Shown: positions 1 through 9,854 of the stretch, piece by piece
Layout: the number at the start of each line of letters is the position of its first letter
How positions within the stretch are numbered: the stretch's first letter is position 1
Assembly: GCF_000175255.2 (NCBI RefSeq)
Contig: NC_017262.1
Coordinates: 390,001 to 422,000 of the forward strand
Direction of reading: 5' to 3'
Length of the DNA stretch: 32,000 nucleotides
Source: Zymomonas mobilis subsp. mobilis ATCC 10988
GTDB taxonomy: Bacteria; Pseudomonadota; Alphaproteobacteria; Sphingomonadales; Sphingomonadaceae
Notes under the pieces: model-generated
What the model saw: the letters and a program-made list of their open reading frames with translations, nothing else
The model's database searches: none
What the model was told of the DNA's origin: nothing
Made by a program: the position numbers and the translations under genes

Positions 1-130
1 ACCATAAAATTGGTCAAAGCCAGAATGATACAGGCAATGGCCTGTTTAGAACCAGACAGAAGACCTTCCGCCGAGGCGGGCTTCCTTTGATCATCGGGAG
101 GACCAAAGGAAAAACCCGCAAAAAAGTCAT
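1..130 (-). CDS. DHA2-family MFS multidrug efflux transporter (EmrB-like), N-terminal fragment truncated by the window edge; start codon not resolved
   Basis: Reverse-strand frame reads ...DDQRKPASAEGLLSGSKQAIACIILALTNFMV, typical of the first TM segment of DHA2 transporters; directly downstream of an EmrA-like gene in the same orientation. Confidence 0.7.
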
Positions 131-141
131 GAAAGCGATGA

Positions 142-1356
142 CTAATTTTTTGAAGAAAGGTCAATGTCAGCCTCCATCGACAAACCCACGCGCAACGGAT
201 GGGCTCTCAATTCCTTGGGATCAAGGGCAATACGGACAGGCAAACGCTGAACAACTTTGATCCAGTTACCCGTCGCATTCTGGGCAGGGATAAGAGAAAA
301 GGCAGAGCCGGTGCCGCCTGAAAAACCGACGACATGACCGTGATAGACGACATCACCACCGTAAAGATCAGATTTGACCGTTGCCGTCTGGCCAACCTTG
401 ACCTTGCCAAGCTGGGTTTCTTTGAAATTGGCATCGACATAAATCTGTTCGATCGGCACAATGGTTGCAATCGGGGTGCCGACATTGACACGCTGACCAA
501 CCTGAACTTGCCTTTGGGTCACAACGCCTGCCATAGGGGCGCGAATTTCAAGACGACTATTGTCTAAACGCGCCTGATCCAAGGCAGCTTTGGCGGCACG
601 AACTTGCGGGTTGGTGCTGACCGTTGTGTTTTTAATCAAAGCCTGATTGGCTTCAAAATTACCGATTGCTTCTTCTTTTGCGGCATGAGCCTGATCGACA
701 GCAGCATGACTTTGCAACAAAGCCGCCCGTGCTTTTTCCAAAGCATTAGAAATAGCCGTCATTTCATCCCGTGACACAGCACCGGATTCAACTAAGGAAC
801 GACGACGGTTATAGTCGGTTTCTGCCCGATGATAGGTTGACTGCGCGGACAGGTAATTGGCTTCAGCTTGCTCGACATTAGCCTGCTGCGCAACAATAGC
901 TTGGGACAAGGCATCACTGCTAGCCGAAGTCTGTCCGAATTTTCTTTCTGCTGCTGCAAAATCAGCTTCAGCCTTTGCTAAAGAAATCTTTTGGTCATCG
1001 GGATTAAGACGAACCAGCAAATCCCCTTTTTGAACCTGTTGGGTATCGGAAACAAAGACCTGCGCGACCGGCCCCGAGACCAAGGCCATGACCTGCGCGG
1101 ATTCAGCATTAGTATAAGCGTTGTCAGTTGACGCATGACGGGAACCGACCAAGAAATACCAGATACCATAGATAATCGCGATCACGATCAGCAGAATAGC
1201 TAGAGAGCGTAACCAGCGTTTTCTATTGGATTTATTCTGTTCATCCGGCTCGGAAGCGGTATTCTGGGTAGCGTCCTGTTTATCCAATGACAGCTTGCTG
1301 TCACCCTGATCTGCGGCGGCCTGAACCGTGGTATTGTTATCTGCCATAGTTGTCAC
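142..1356 (-). CDS. emrA: HlyD/EmrA-family membrane fusion protein of a multidrug efflux system
   Basis: 404 aa; single N-terminal TM, biotinyl-lipoyl-like segment (TNAYTNAESAQVMALVSGPVAQVFVSDTQQVQKGDLLVRLNPDD), coiled coil, and typical RAPMAGVVTQRQVQVGQRVNVGTPIATIVP motif. Confidence 0.9.
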   Translation of the reverse strand: MTTMADNNTTVQAAADQGDSKLSLDKQDATQNTASEPDEQNKSNRKRWLRSLAILLIVIAIIYGIWYFLVGSRHASTDNAYTNAESAQVMALVSGPVAQVFVSDTQQVQKGDLLVRLNPDDQKISLAKAEADFAAAERKFGQTSASSDALSQAIVAQQANVEQAEANYLSAQSTYHRAETDYNRRRSLVESGAVSRDEMTAISNALEKARAALLQSHAAVDQAHAAKEEAIGNFEANQALIKNTTVSTNPQVRAAKAALDQARLDNSRLEIRAPMAGVVTQRQVQVGQRVNVGTPIATIVPIEQIYVDANFKETQLGKVKVGQTATVKSDLYGGDVVYHGHVVGFSGGTGSAFSLIPAQNATGNWIKVVQRLPVRIALDPKELRAHPLRVGLSMEADIDLSSKN

Positions 1357-1368
1357 TCACAAAAAAAG

Positions 1369-2835
1369 TTATGCTGCCGTAAAACCGCCACCCAAAGCCT
1401 GAATCAAAGAGACATCAAGCTGGAAGGCTCTCGCCCGAAGATCGGCGACTGCTTTTCTCAGGGTCAGGACGTTTTCCTCCCCCTGCAAAACCTCGATATA
1501 GGTCACGAGACCGCTTTTATAGCGGTTTGCTAACACATTATAGGAAAGTTCGGCATGATTAAGGGCTTGAACCGTTTGGTCAAGCTGAAGATTAAGTTGT
1601 TTTTGACTGGTTGCCGCATCAGCGACCTGCTGCAACGCCTGTGACAAGGTTTTGTCATAGCTGGCAACGGCTTCCTGATAGGTCGCCCATGCCTCGCGAT
1701 ATTGACCGGACAGGCTGCCACCTCTGAAAATAGGGAGATTAAGTGCCGCACTTGCCGCTCCCAAAGCCAGACCATGGGTAGCCATATGCTCCAAAGCGCG
1801 CGTCTGATAACCGACAATACCGTTTAGGCTGACATTGGGATAAAATTGGGTTTTTGCTACTTTGACGCGATAGCCGGCGGCTTCCGCTGTCAAACGCGCG
1901 GCCACAATATCAGGCCGCCGCCCCAAAAGATCCAAAGCCGCATTATCCGGCAAACCGACTGCCCGCAATTTCACAGATTGAGGCCGCGTGATCGCCATAC
2001 CGCGATCAGGCCCTGCCCCCATCAAAGCGGCAATCTGATGCCGAACCAGATCAATGGATTCCTGATTAGCCGTCAGATCAGCTTGGGCATTAGCCAGCCT
2101 TGCACTGGCATCTTGCATGGCTGAATCATTATCCAACCCATGCCCCAATCTTTGCTGGGTCAATTCCAATACATGGCTACGGACAGCCAATGTCCGATTT
2201 AGAACCTGCCGTTCTTCAAATAAACGAGACAGATTGGCATAGGCCGCCGCGATACTGGTCGTCAGGGTCAAAGCGGCTTCATGGGAATCCACGATGGCCG
2301 CTTTTGCTTCCGATGTGGCCGCTGCCAATTTGGCGCGATATCCACCCCAGATATCAATATTATAACGAATAGTCAGGAATGATGATCCGCCATCACCCCA
2401 ATCTCTGAAATTATCACCACCAGCGGAAGGGCTGCCTGACTTACCTTGCGCTTCCTTAATACCCTGCCGGATTTCCTGATCCCGCATTAAATGACCGGCA
2501 CCCGTTCCGACAAACCCATTCACCGAAGGCAGCAATCCAGCCCCTGCTCTTTGCTTGCTACCGGCCGCCGATAAAATGCGTGCCTTAGCAATCGCCATAT
2601 CCGGCGCTTTTGCCAAAGCCTCGGTCATCAATTGGTCAAGCTGGGGATCACCATAAGACTTCCACCAACCTTCACCCGGCCAAGCGGAACCATTACCGGC
2701 AAGGGATTGCGCCGTTGCATAATCATGCACGTCTTTTACTTTTGGCGCTTTTCCCAATTTGGGAATTGAGGCACATCCTGTCAGCAATAGCGCTGCTACA
2801 GAAATACTGGTAATGAGTGGTCGTTTAAGATGCAT
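1369..2835 (-). CDS. RND/MFS efflux outer membrane lipoprotein, NodT/OprM family
   Basis: Long ORF; internal ATG at 2835 gives MHLKRPLITSISVAALLLTGCASIPK, a lipoprotein signal with lipobox LLTGC. OEP repeats. The ORF track extends to 2895 but the signal peptide supports 2835 as start. Confidence 0.88.
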   Translation of the reverse strand: MHLKRPLITSISVAALLLTGCASIPKLGKAPKVKDVHDYATAQSLAGNGSAWPGEGWWKSYGDPQLDQLMTEALAKAPDMAIAKARILSAAGSKQRAGAGLLPSVNGFVGTGAGHLMRDQEIRQGIKEAQGKSGSPSAGGDNFRDWGDGGSSFLTIRYNIDIWGGYRAKLAAATSEAKAAIVDSHEAALTLTTSIAAAYANLSRLFEERQVLNRTLAVRSHVLELTQQRLGHGLDNDSAMQDASARLANAQADLTANQESIDLVRHQIAALMGAGPDRGMAITRPQSVKLRAVGLPDNAALDLLGRRPDIVAARLTAEAAGYRVKVAKTQFYPNVSLNGIVGYQTRALEHMATHGLALGAASAALNLPIFRGGSLSGQYREAWATYQEAVASYDKTLSQALQQVADAATSQKQLNLQLDQTVQALNHAELSYNVLANRYKSGLVTYIEVLQGEENVLTLRKAVADLRARAFQLDVSLIQALGGGFTAA

Positions 2836-2845
2836 AAATTCTTCC

Positions 2846-2859
2846 GTACTAGATAGTAC
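2846..2859. promoter_or_regulatory. Candidate operator palindrome GTACTA-GA-TAGTAC between the efflux operon and tetR
   Basis: Perfect 6-bp inverted arms with a 2-nt centre, in the divergent intergenic region 11 bp upstream of the efflux lipoprotein start. Confidence 0.4.
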
Positions 2860-2927
2860 AACTTTTTTCTTGTGCGCGAAGGTGGTTTTTGTCAAGGGAA
2901 AAACCGTACCATAGAGTATTTTACATT

Positions 2928-3557
2928 ATGGAAATTATGAATATATCAAAGCAGTATAAAGGTACTGATCGCCGAGAAGCTATTCTGGAAGAGGCAAAAC
3001 GCTTTTTCCTTGAAAAAGGATATGCTGAAACTTCCATGTCAGCGATTGCGGCCAAAGTCGGAGGATCAAAGGGGACGTTATGGTCTCATTTTCCTTCAAA
3101 AGAAGCCTTGTTTCGGGCTGTGATTGAACGGCTGGCGGGTGAATTCCACAAAGTCTATACAGATTTGCTTAATCCACAAGCTGAAATTGAAATTACGCTG
3201 AACCAATATGGCTGTCATTTCTGTCGAAATATTATCGAACCTGATAAAAGAGCCTTGTTTCGACTAGCAATTGTTGAATGTTGGCGTTTCCCCGAAGTCG
3301 GAAAAATTTTTTACGAAGCAGGGCCTCAAACCGCCATGCGGAAATTGGCATCCTATTTTGCTTCAGCCATGGAAAAGAAACAGATCCGTCAGGAAGACCC
3401 TGAATATGCGGCCTCTTTCTTTCTTCACTCTCTATGCGCGCGCAGTAAAGCTTCCAGACTTTATAATATCCCCCAAGAAAATCTCGCGAATAAAGAAGAA
3501 ATCGAGGCCGATGTTAGTCAGATTGTTTCTCTTTTTCTCAAGGCTTACGCGCCTTAA
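2928..3557 (+). CDS. TetR/AcrR-family transcriptional regulator, probable repressor of the divergent efflux operon
   Basis: N-terminal HTH DRREAILEEAKRFFLEKGYAETSMSAIAAKVGGSKGTLWSHFPSKEALFRAVIE; start placed at the second Met (2928) of the ORF track entry. Confidence 0.9.
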   Translation: MEIMNISKQYKGTDRREAILEEAKRFFLEKGYAETSMSAIAAKVGGSKGTLWSHFPSKEALFRAVIERLAGEFHKVYTDLLNPQAEIEITLNQYGCHFCRNIIEPDKRALFRLAIVECWRFPEVGKIFYEAGPQTAMRKLASYFASAMEKKQIRQEDPEYAASFFLHSLCARSKASRLYNIPQENLANKEEIEADVSQIVSLFLKAYAP

Positions 3558-3629
3558 TTCGCTTCTATTTTTTGCCTTTTCAAAAATCTAACGCCTGTCT
3601 CTGATTTTCCCACTCTCCCGAAAGAAGTT

Positions 3630-4778
3630 TTGATGCAGCTTGCCTTTACGCACGGACAAATCGTTACACCAGATACGATATTGACCGATCACAGTCTGTT
3701 AATCGAAAATGGCGTGGTAAAAGCCATTACCGATCAACCGCTGCCTTGCGATATCCCAACCATAGACCTGCATCATCAGATCCTTTTGGCAGGCTTTATT
3801 GATATTCAGGTTAACGGCGGTGGCGGCTGCCTTTTTAACGATCATCCTGATGTAAACTCTATTTCAAAAATTGCGGCGGCACATCGTGCTTTTGGCACCA
3901 CATCTTTACTACCCACTTTGGTCAGTGAAGAGACGACAGTGATCGAAAAAGCCGTTCATGCCATTGAAGACGCTATTCAGGCTGGCATTAAGGGCATTGT
4001 CGGCCTTCATATCGAAGGGCCTTTTATTGCAATGACGCGGCGTGGCATCCATGCAGCCAGCAAAATCCGTCCGATCAGTGAAGAAGATATCAACTTCTTA
4101 TGCGACAGCGCCCGAAAGAATAAGGATAATTTCCGAATTCTCCTGACCTTAGCACCGGAAACAATGGATGCCTCAATCATCACCAAGCTGACAGAGGCTG
4201 GAGTGATTGTTTCTATCGGTCATTCGGACAGTGATTACGGAACCGCCATGAAGGCGATTAAGGCTGGCGCAAGCGGCTTTACCCATTTATTTAATGCCAT
4301 GTCTCAAAATACCAGCCGTGCGCCTGCCGTTGTCGGTGCCGCCTTGGATAGCGATAACAGCTATGCGGGCATTATTGCTGACGGGGAACATGTCCATCCG
4401 TCAAATATCCGTCTTGCTTACAAGGCAAAGGGCGCTGACCATTTAATGTTGATAACCGATGCCATGCCCTTAACGGGATGGGAAGAAGATCATTTCCTGT
4501 TGCAGGGACAGATGATCTATCGCCGCGATGGCCGGATTACCGATGATAAAAACGTGCTGGCAGGTTCTCTGCTCGATACGGCAACGGCTTTTGCCAATAT
4601 GATCAAAATGACGGATATTTCATTGGTTGAGGCCTCTCGCATGGCCTCTCTGACCCCAGCCCGTTTTCTGGGACTGCAAGATCGCGGCAGTATAGAAATC
4701 GGGAAAAGAGCTGATCTCGTTGTTATGGATGAAGCGCTAAAACTACAATCCGTCTGGATATCCGGCGAAAAATACTAG
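3630..4778 (+). CDS. nagA: N-acetylglucosamine-6-phosphate deacetylase
   Basis: Amidohydrolase fold motifs: LAGFIDIQVNGGGG, GLHIEGPFI, SIGHSDSDY, THLFNAMS, LITDAMPLTG, ASLTPARFLGLQDRGSIEIGKRADLVV. Confidence 0.92.
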   Translation: MMQLAFTHGQIVTPDTILTDHSLLIENGVVKAITDQPLPCDIPTIDLHHQILLAGFIDIQVNGGGGCLFNDHPDVNSISKIAAAHRAFGTTSLLPTLVSEETTVIEKAVHAIEDAIQAGIKGIVGLHIEGPFIAMTRRGIHAASKIRPISEEDINFLCDSARKNKDNFRILLTLAPETMDASIITKLTEAGVIVSIGHSDSDYGTAMKAIKAGASGFTHLFNAMSQNTSRAPAVVGAALDSDNSYAGIIADGEHVHPSNIRLAYKAKGADHLMLITDAMPLTGWEEDHFLLQGQMIYRRDGRITDDKNVLAGSLLDTATAFANMIKMTDISLVEASRMASLTPARFLGLQDRGSIEIGKRADLVVMDEALKLQSVWISGEKY

Positions 4779-4796
4779 GCCTTTCTTAGAAAGGCC
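4778..4796. terminator. Candidate bidirectional terminator hairpin between nagA and the convergent cytochrome c gene
   Basis: GGCCTTTC-TTA-GAAAGGCC perfect 8-bp stem overlapping the convergent stop codons. Confidence 0.5.
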
Positions 4797-5280
4797 CATG
4801 TGCCGCAATCAGTTTTTGCCGTTCGATCGTCATTTGGGGAGCCGATTTTTTGGGCAAAGCACGGGCAGCCTTCACTTCGGCAGCCGTAAAAGGCTTGATC
4901 TGCGGCATATTTTGCAAAGACATGATATAGTTTAATGCCCCCGCTATATCTTCGTCTTTCAAAGAACCCAGCGGCGTCATCACCCCCAAAAAGGGCATAT
5001 TATCGACCACAACACGCCCCGCCATACCGTTAAAGACAACCGAAAGCATATACCGACGACCATCTTCAAACGTAGCGATCTTGCCAATCCGGTTGCTTAA
5101 TTTTGGGGCAAGATTAGAAGACCCCTGTCCTTTTGGCTGATGGCAAGAAGAACAATTCGCCATATAAGGGACAATCCCGACCGGTGCCGCACTCGCCTGA
5201 CTAACAAAAACACCCGAAAGAGCCGGAAAAACCATAGAAAATAGTCCGATGACCCATTTGGAATTGATCGTCTTTTTCAT
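4786..5280 (-). CDS. Secreted monohaem c-type cytochrome
   Basis: Signal peptide (VIGLFSMVFPALSGVFVSQASA) and a single CxxCH (NCSSCHQPKGQGSSNLAPKLS). Confidence 0.82.
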   Translation of the reverse strand: MKKTINSKWVIGLFSMVFPALSGVFVSQASAAPVGIVPYMANCSSCHQPKGQGSSNLAPKLSNRIGKIATFEDGRRYMLSVVFNGMAGRVVVDNMPFLGVMTPLGSLKDEDIAGALNYIMSLQNMPQIKPFTAAEVKAARALPKKSAPQMTIERQKLIAAHGPF

Positions 5281-5416
5281 GGTTGTTGCCCTCTTTCATA
5301 CCCTTTTAAAAAACATCGTCAAAATAGCTATAAAGCCTAAAAACTCTGCTATAAAATTTCCTTTACAGTCGTTACCGCCTGTTATGCAATGCAGGATAAA
5401 TCGGGAATAAAACAGG

Positions 5417-6163
5417 ATGGGTCGGCTTTTTCGCTTTTTTCTCCGGATTTTTGTCTATTTTCTTTTAATCTCACTGTTATGGGTTGGGCTTTACCGCTTT
5501 GTCAGGCCACCGATTACCCTGACTATGATCATGAACCGGATAAATGGCTATGGCCTCAATCAGACATGGCGGCCGCTCAATCAGATAGATCCTATCATGA
5601 TGGATGCTGTCATCGCATCGGAAGATAGCCGTTTTTGTTCTCATCATGGTTTTGATTTTACAGCGATTGAACAGGCGGCCAAACATAATGCCAGCGGCGG
5701 CCATATTCATGGCGGTTCGACCATCAGCCAGCAAACCGCAAAAAACGCTTTTCTATGGCAAAATGGCGGCTATTCCCGAAAATTGATCGAGGCCTATTTT
5801 ACCTTTCTGATCGAACATTTTTGGACGAAGCGGCGGATTATGGAGGTGTATCTCAATATCGCCGAAACCGGACGCGGTGTATACGGGGTCGAGGCGGCCT
5901 CACAATATTATTTTCATCATGATGCCAGCCATCTTTCCGCATTGGAGGCTGCAAGACTAGCCGCCATTTTTCCTCTTCCCAAAAAACGCAGCGTCCAGAT
6001 GCCCCATGGTTTTGTGCGCCGTTATGGCAATATCATTCAAAGCCGAATCCCACTGGTTAAAAGAAATGGATTGGATCGCTGCCTTTTCACGGTCACAACT
6101 TCCGCCATATCCGGTAACAGCAGACCACAGAAAGCCCCGTCGCCACCAATAGGAAAGCAATAA
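5417..6163 (+). CDS. mtgA: Monofunctional biosynthetic peptidoglycan transglycosylase
   Basis: GT51 motifs: VIASEDSRFCSHHGFDFTAIEQA, GGSTISQQTAKNAFLW, RIMEVYLNIAETGRGVYGVEAASQYYF. Confidence 0.92.
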   Translation: MGRLFRFFLRIFVYFLLISLLWVGLYRFVRPPITLTMIMNRINGYGLNQTWRPLNQIDPIMMDAVIASEDSRFCSHHGFDFTAIEQAAKHNASGGHIHGGSTISQQTAKNAFLWQNGGYSRKLIEAYFTFLIEHFWTKRRIMEVYLNIAETGRGVYGVEAASQYYFHHDASHLSALEAARLAAIFPLPKKRSVQMPHGFVRRYGNIIQSRIPLVKRNGLDRCLFTVTTSAISGNSRPQKAPSPPIGKQ

Positions 6164-6941
6164 CACCGAGACCAATGCGATGACGGTCTTCCAATTCCGG
6201 TTCAGCTGACCACGCCAGAAAAGCTGTCACATCTTTCGCCATTTGATTGGTGCTGGCCTTGGTGCCATCCTTATACTCAACCTGATTTTCGCTTAAAAGA
6301 GCGAGCGGCATCGCAATATGTAACCCTTTGAAATAAGGGTTATAGAAATTACCTTCCGGCGTTTTAAGCTGCGGATAGCGTTCAGCAATTTCTTTTGGTT
6401 CGCTTTCATATCCAGTCAGCAAAGAATAGACATAGGCGGCCCCCCCTTTCCTCGCTTTGGTAATCAAAGATAGATCAGGTGCCGTCACAATGCCTTGGCT
6501 GCCTAACGGGTTATAATAAGGCCCTGTAATCCGGTCATTCCGGTTGGGCTGGCGCATCATAGCTTCGCCCGTATTCGGGTCAATATCAGGAATCCGGTTA
6601 ATCCATTCCTGACGGATACTGTCAATTTCAGCTTTGCTATAGCCGATTTCGGCTAAATCCTGAAAACGCAGTTGATTGGCACCGTGACAAGAGGCGCAAA
6701 CCGCCTGAAAAACTGTAAAACCACGCCGCAGCTGTTTTTTATCGAAATGGCCGGTTAGCCCGTCACTGGGTAATTTTAAAGATTTTAATGGCTTTTGATA
6801 ACGGGCAGCCGGATCAAATTCCTGCTTTGCTCTTGGCTGGATGACGCCCCATAACAAAACGAAACACATAGCCAAGCCCGCTAACAAACAGACAAGACGT
6901 ATAAAGCCGATACGGCGGACAAGATTGAGCATATCAGGCAT
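6093..6941 (-). CDS. petC: Ubiquinol-cytochrome c reductase cytochrome c1 subunit
   Basis: CxxCH in FTVFQAVCASCHGANQLRFQDLAE, C-terminal TM anchor LGVIAFLLVATGLSVVCCYRIW; start likely MPDMLNLVRR (6941), overlapping the end of petB. Confidence 0.9.
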   Translation of the reverse strand: MPDMLNLVRRIGFIRLVCLLAGLAMCFVLLWGVIQPRAKQEFDPAARYQKPLKSLKLPSDGLTGHFDKKQLRRGFTVFQAVCASCHGANQLRFQDLAEIGYSKAEIDSIRQEWINRIPDIDPNTGEAMMRQPNRNDRITGPYYNPLGSQGIVTAPDLSLITKARKGGAAYVYSLLTGYESEPKEIAERYPQLKTPEGNFYNPYFKGLHIAMPLALLSENQVEYKDGTKASTNQMAKDVTAFLAWSAEPELEDRHRIGLGVIAFLLVATGLSVVCCYRIWRKL

Positions 6942-8190
6942 CCGTTCTTTTCTTTTCCGCTTCTTCGATAGAAGAAGGCACGGCTTTTGTTTTTTCAACC
7001 AGCGGTAAAATCGGCAAAATCACCAGAAAAAAGGCGAAATAATAAAGGGATGCCCATTGCCCTAATCGTATCCAGGGTTCTTCCGCGGGTTGCTTACCAC
7101 AAAAACCTAACAGAAGAATATCGGCCAGAAATAACAGGAAGAAACAACGAAAAACAGGGCGATAGCGACCTGATCTTACGGGTGAATTGTCTAGCCAAGG
7201 CAACAAGCCCCAAACCAGAACCGACAATCCCATGCCTAAAACGCCCCATAATTTAGCCGGTATCCCCATAAAATTGACCGTAAAAGAACGTAAAACCGCA
7301 TAAAATGGCCAAAAATACCATTCCGGTTTGATATGAGCCGGAGTTGAAAAGGGATTGGCCGGAATATAATTATCGGGATCGGTAAAAACATTCGGATAGA
7401 AAAAAACAAGGCTGCAAAAAATCAATAAAAAGACGCAAATCGCGACAAAATCCTTGGCAATATAATAAGGCTGCATCGGAACGACTTCTTCGGCTTTTTT
7501 GACTTCTATTCCGGTTGGATTACCGGAACCCTGACGATGCAATGCCCAGACATGGAGGCCAACCACAGCCAAGATAACAAAAGGCAAGGTGAAATGTAGC
7601 ACAAAGAAACGGTTCACGGTGGCAGCATTGGGCGCAAATCCGCCCAAAACCCAAATGCGAATTTTCTCACCGACAAAAGGCACCACCGAAAACAGGCCGG
7701 TAATCACTTGAGCAGCCCAATAACTCATCTGCCCCCAGACCAGACTATATCCTAAAAAGGCAGTAGCCATCGCCAGCATGAATAATAAAACGCCGATCAA
7801 CCAAACCACTTCACGCGGCGCTTTATAGGAACCGTAATAAACCCCGCGAAACATATGGATATAAAGCGCGGCAAAAAACAAACTTGCCCCCACCATATGA
7901 CCATATCGTATCAGCCAGCCAAAACCGACATAGCGCATTATCGCTTCAATAGAATTAAAGGCTTCATTACTACTGGCAACATAATGCATCGCCAATGCCA
8001 AACCGGTAATAATCTGGATAGTCAGGGCAATCCCTGCCAATACGCCAAAATTCCATAACCAGTTCAGATTACGAGGGACAAGATAGCCCTTACCCATGAC
8101 ATCATGCCATAACCGGATAACGGGCAAACGATCGTCCAGCCATCGGGTAAAAGTATTTTTGGGCTGATAAGGGGGTGGTGACAGCTTCAT
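6934..8190 (-). CDS. petB: Cytochrome b of the bc1 complex
   Basis: Motifs GLALAMHYVASSNEAF, HMVGASLFFAALYIHMFRG, VVGLHVWALHRQGSGNPTG, AHIKPEWYFWPFYAVLRS. Confidence 0.96.
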   Translation of the reverse strand: MKLSPPPYQPKNTFTRWLDDRLPVIRLWHDVMGKGYLVPRNLNWLWNFGVLAGIALTIQIITGLALAMHYVASSNEAFNSIEAIMRYVGFGWLIRYGHMVGASLFFAALYIHMFRGVYYGSYKAPREVVWLIGVLLFMLAMATAFLGYSLVWGQMSYWAAQVITGLFSVVPFVGEKIRIWVLGGFAPNAATVNRFFVLHFTLPFVILAVVGLHVWALHRQGSGNPTGIEVKKAEEVVPMQPYYIAKDFVAICVFLLIFCSLVFFYPNVFTDPDNYIPANPFSTPAHIKPEWYFWPFYAVLRSFTVNFMGIPAKLWGVLGMGLSVLVWGLLPWLDNSPVRSGRYRPVFRCFFLLFLADILLLGFCGKQPAEEPWIRLGQWASLYYFAFFLVILPILPLVEKTKAVPSSIEEAEKKRTDA

Positions 8191-8197
8191 AATAAGT

Positions 8198-8830
8198 TCA
8201 CCCGATAGAAATCACAGAAGGACTGATAAAACGATAAGGCGGCACAACCAGATTGGTCGGTGCAGGGCCTCTTCTGATACGGCCGGCGGTATCAAAGGCA
8301 GAACCATGGCAGGAACAGATATAACCACCATATTCGCCTCTGGGTTCTCCGGCATGACTACCTTGCGGAATACAGCCCAAATGGGTGCAAATCGCCATAG
8401 TTACCAACCAATCCTGCTTACCGGCCTTGGTTCTTTGTGCCAAAGTTTCAGGATCGCGCAGATCAGAAAGAGCAACCGCATTAGCTTCGGTTATTTCCTG
8501 CTCGGTTAAATGGCGGATAAAAACAGGCTGGTCACGCCACACGACCTTGACGGTCTGGCCGGGCGGCACCGTCGAAATATCGACTTCGGTTTTTCCCTGC
8601 TCTGATACATCTTTGGAAGGATTCATCTGGGCAATAAACGGTATCGCTGCGCCACACACGCCGATGCCCGCCAGTCCTGCCGCCGCCACATTCAAAAAAT
8701 CACGACGATCCAGACTATCAGAGGTTTCCGGCTGACCTTCGGGGAAGTCTGATTGGGTCTTTTTTAACGAGTGACCTTCGTCATCTTTCGACATGTCACT
8801 TTTTCCATTCTTCGCTTCGCTATTCTTCAT
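8198..8830 (-). CDS. petA: Rieske iron-sulfur subunit of the bc1 complex
   Basis: Rieske cluster motifs CTHLGCIP and CSCHGSAFD; Tat-like N-terminus DRRDFLNVAAAGLAG. The true start may be an internal Met. Confidence 0.95.
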   Translation of the reverse strand: MKNSEAKNGKSDMSKDDEGHSLKKTQSDFPEGQPETSDSLDRRDFLNVAAAGLAGIGVCGAAIPFIAQMNPSKDVSEQGKTEVDISTVPPGQTVKVVWRDQPVFIRHLTEQEITEANAVALSDLRDPETLAQRTKAGKQDWLVTMAICTHLGCIPQGSHAGEPRGEYGGYICSCHGSAFDTAGRIRRGPAPTNLVVPPYRFISPSVISIG

Positions 8831-9289
8831 ATTCTATGGCAACCCCGCCCTACTGCCTTACGGTAAACCGACTTCTCTCTTTTTGCAGCCTTCACACTAC
8901 AATAAAAACTTTATGAGCCTTGATGTGTCATTGAGATATCAAAAATCTCTTTCAACAAGCAATAAAAGCCCTGCCCTCATACTATTCAGGCAACTTTTAT
9001 GGTTCGCTTTGCACAGGATAGGCTTGCATTGCCTCTTAACACGCTATCAGAGAAAGCTCTAATTTTTTGAATAAAACGCCCACGGGACTGACACTAAAAT
9101 GATTTTAGAATGGATGAAAACGGCTCAAATCCAGTTAAATCCTACCAAGGATAAGGCTACAGCCAGCAATAGAAATAATCTTTTGTGACCCAGCGTTCTT
9201 TAATATGACCCAACATTCTCCAGTAAAAGCAAGTTAGCGATCCTTTCACGGCTTTGGGATTGATAAAGGCTAGGTTCTGTTGAAAAAGG

Positions 9290-9450
9290 AAGGCAACCAT
9301 AATTTTACAGCCGCGACATGAAGGAAAGCGAGGAAAGATTTTCTGGGAAGATTTTTTCGTTTTATTATAAATCTATGGCGATATGTCGAAGCGGTTTCAT
9401 CCTATGAAACATCCGCTCGATATAGCGACAATTCCGGTCATGGCAAAATG
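9290..9450 (-). pseudogene. Relic of an IS5-like transposase C-terminus, frameshifted
   Basis: Minus-strand frames read ...YIERMFHRMKPLRHIAIDL* then, in another frame, LPRKSFLAFLHVAAVKLWL, resembling the IS5-family C-terminus (IERMFxRLKxxRRIATRYDKLAxNFLAAxxLAAxxxW). Confidence 0.55.
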
Positions 9451-9854
9451 GCGGGGAATATTCTCTGCTCGATTTAGGTGTATCGCAATAACAGGAAGAT
9501 AATCTCGAAAAAGCTGTTTTCTCTATATTCTTGTTTTCCCTATATTCTGTTGCCTCTCTTCTCGGCTCTTCTTGGCCAGAAAGCGGTGTATTTTGGCGGC
9601 AGGCCAATCTATCAAAGCCTTGGCTTCAAAATAATCTCAAACCATTGCCTTTCAGACCGCAATCAAGAAAAGCTTTTCACTCACCACCCAGTCATCACTC
9701 TTATCCATTCGGTAATGGCTCTTATTCGTAAAGCCGTCGCATCTTCTATCAAAGTCTTACCTTATGCCTCCCCTACTTCATTGGCCTGACTATCCGCCCC
9801 AATAACGCGGCTCACCCTTATCTGTTGCCGCCATCGGTCAGTGCAAGTTTGATC

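Noticed and set aside
207-500. 97-aa ORF and other short ORFs antisense or out of frame within emrA
   Set aside because: They lie within a well supported coding sequence and lack recognisable motifs.
9478-9789. 103-aa plus-strand ORF in the IS graveyard
   Set aside because: No domain recognised and it overlaps the minus-strand transposase relic region. Cannot be supported as a gene.
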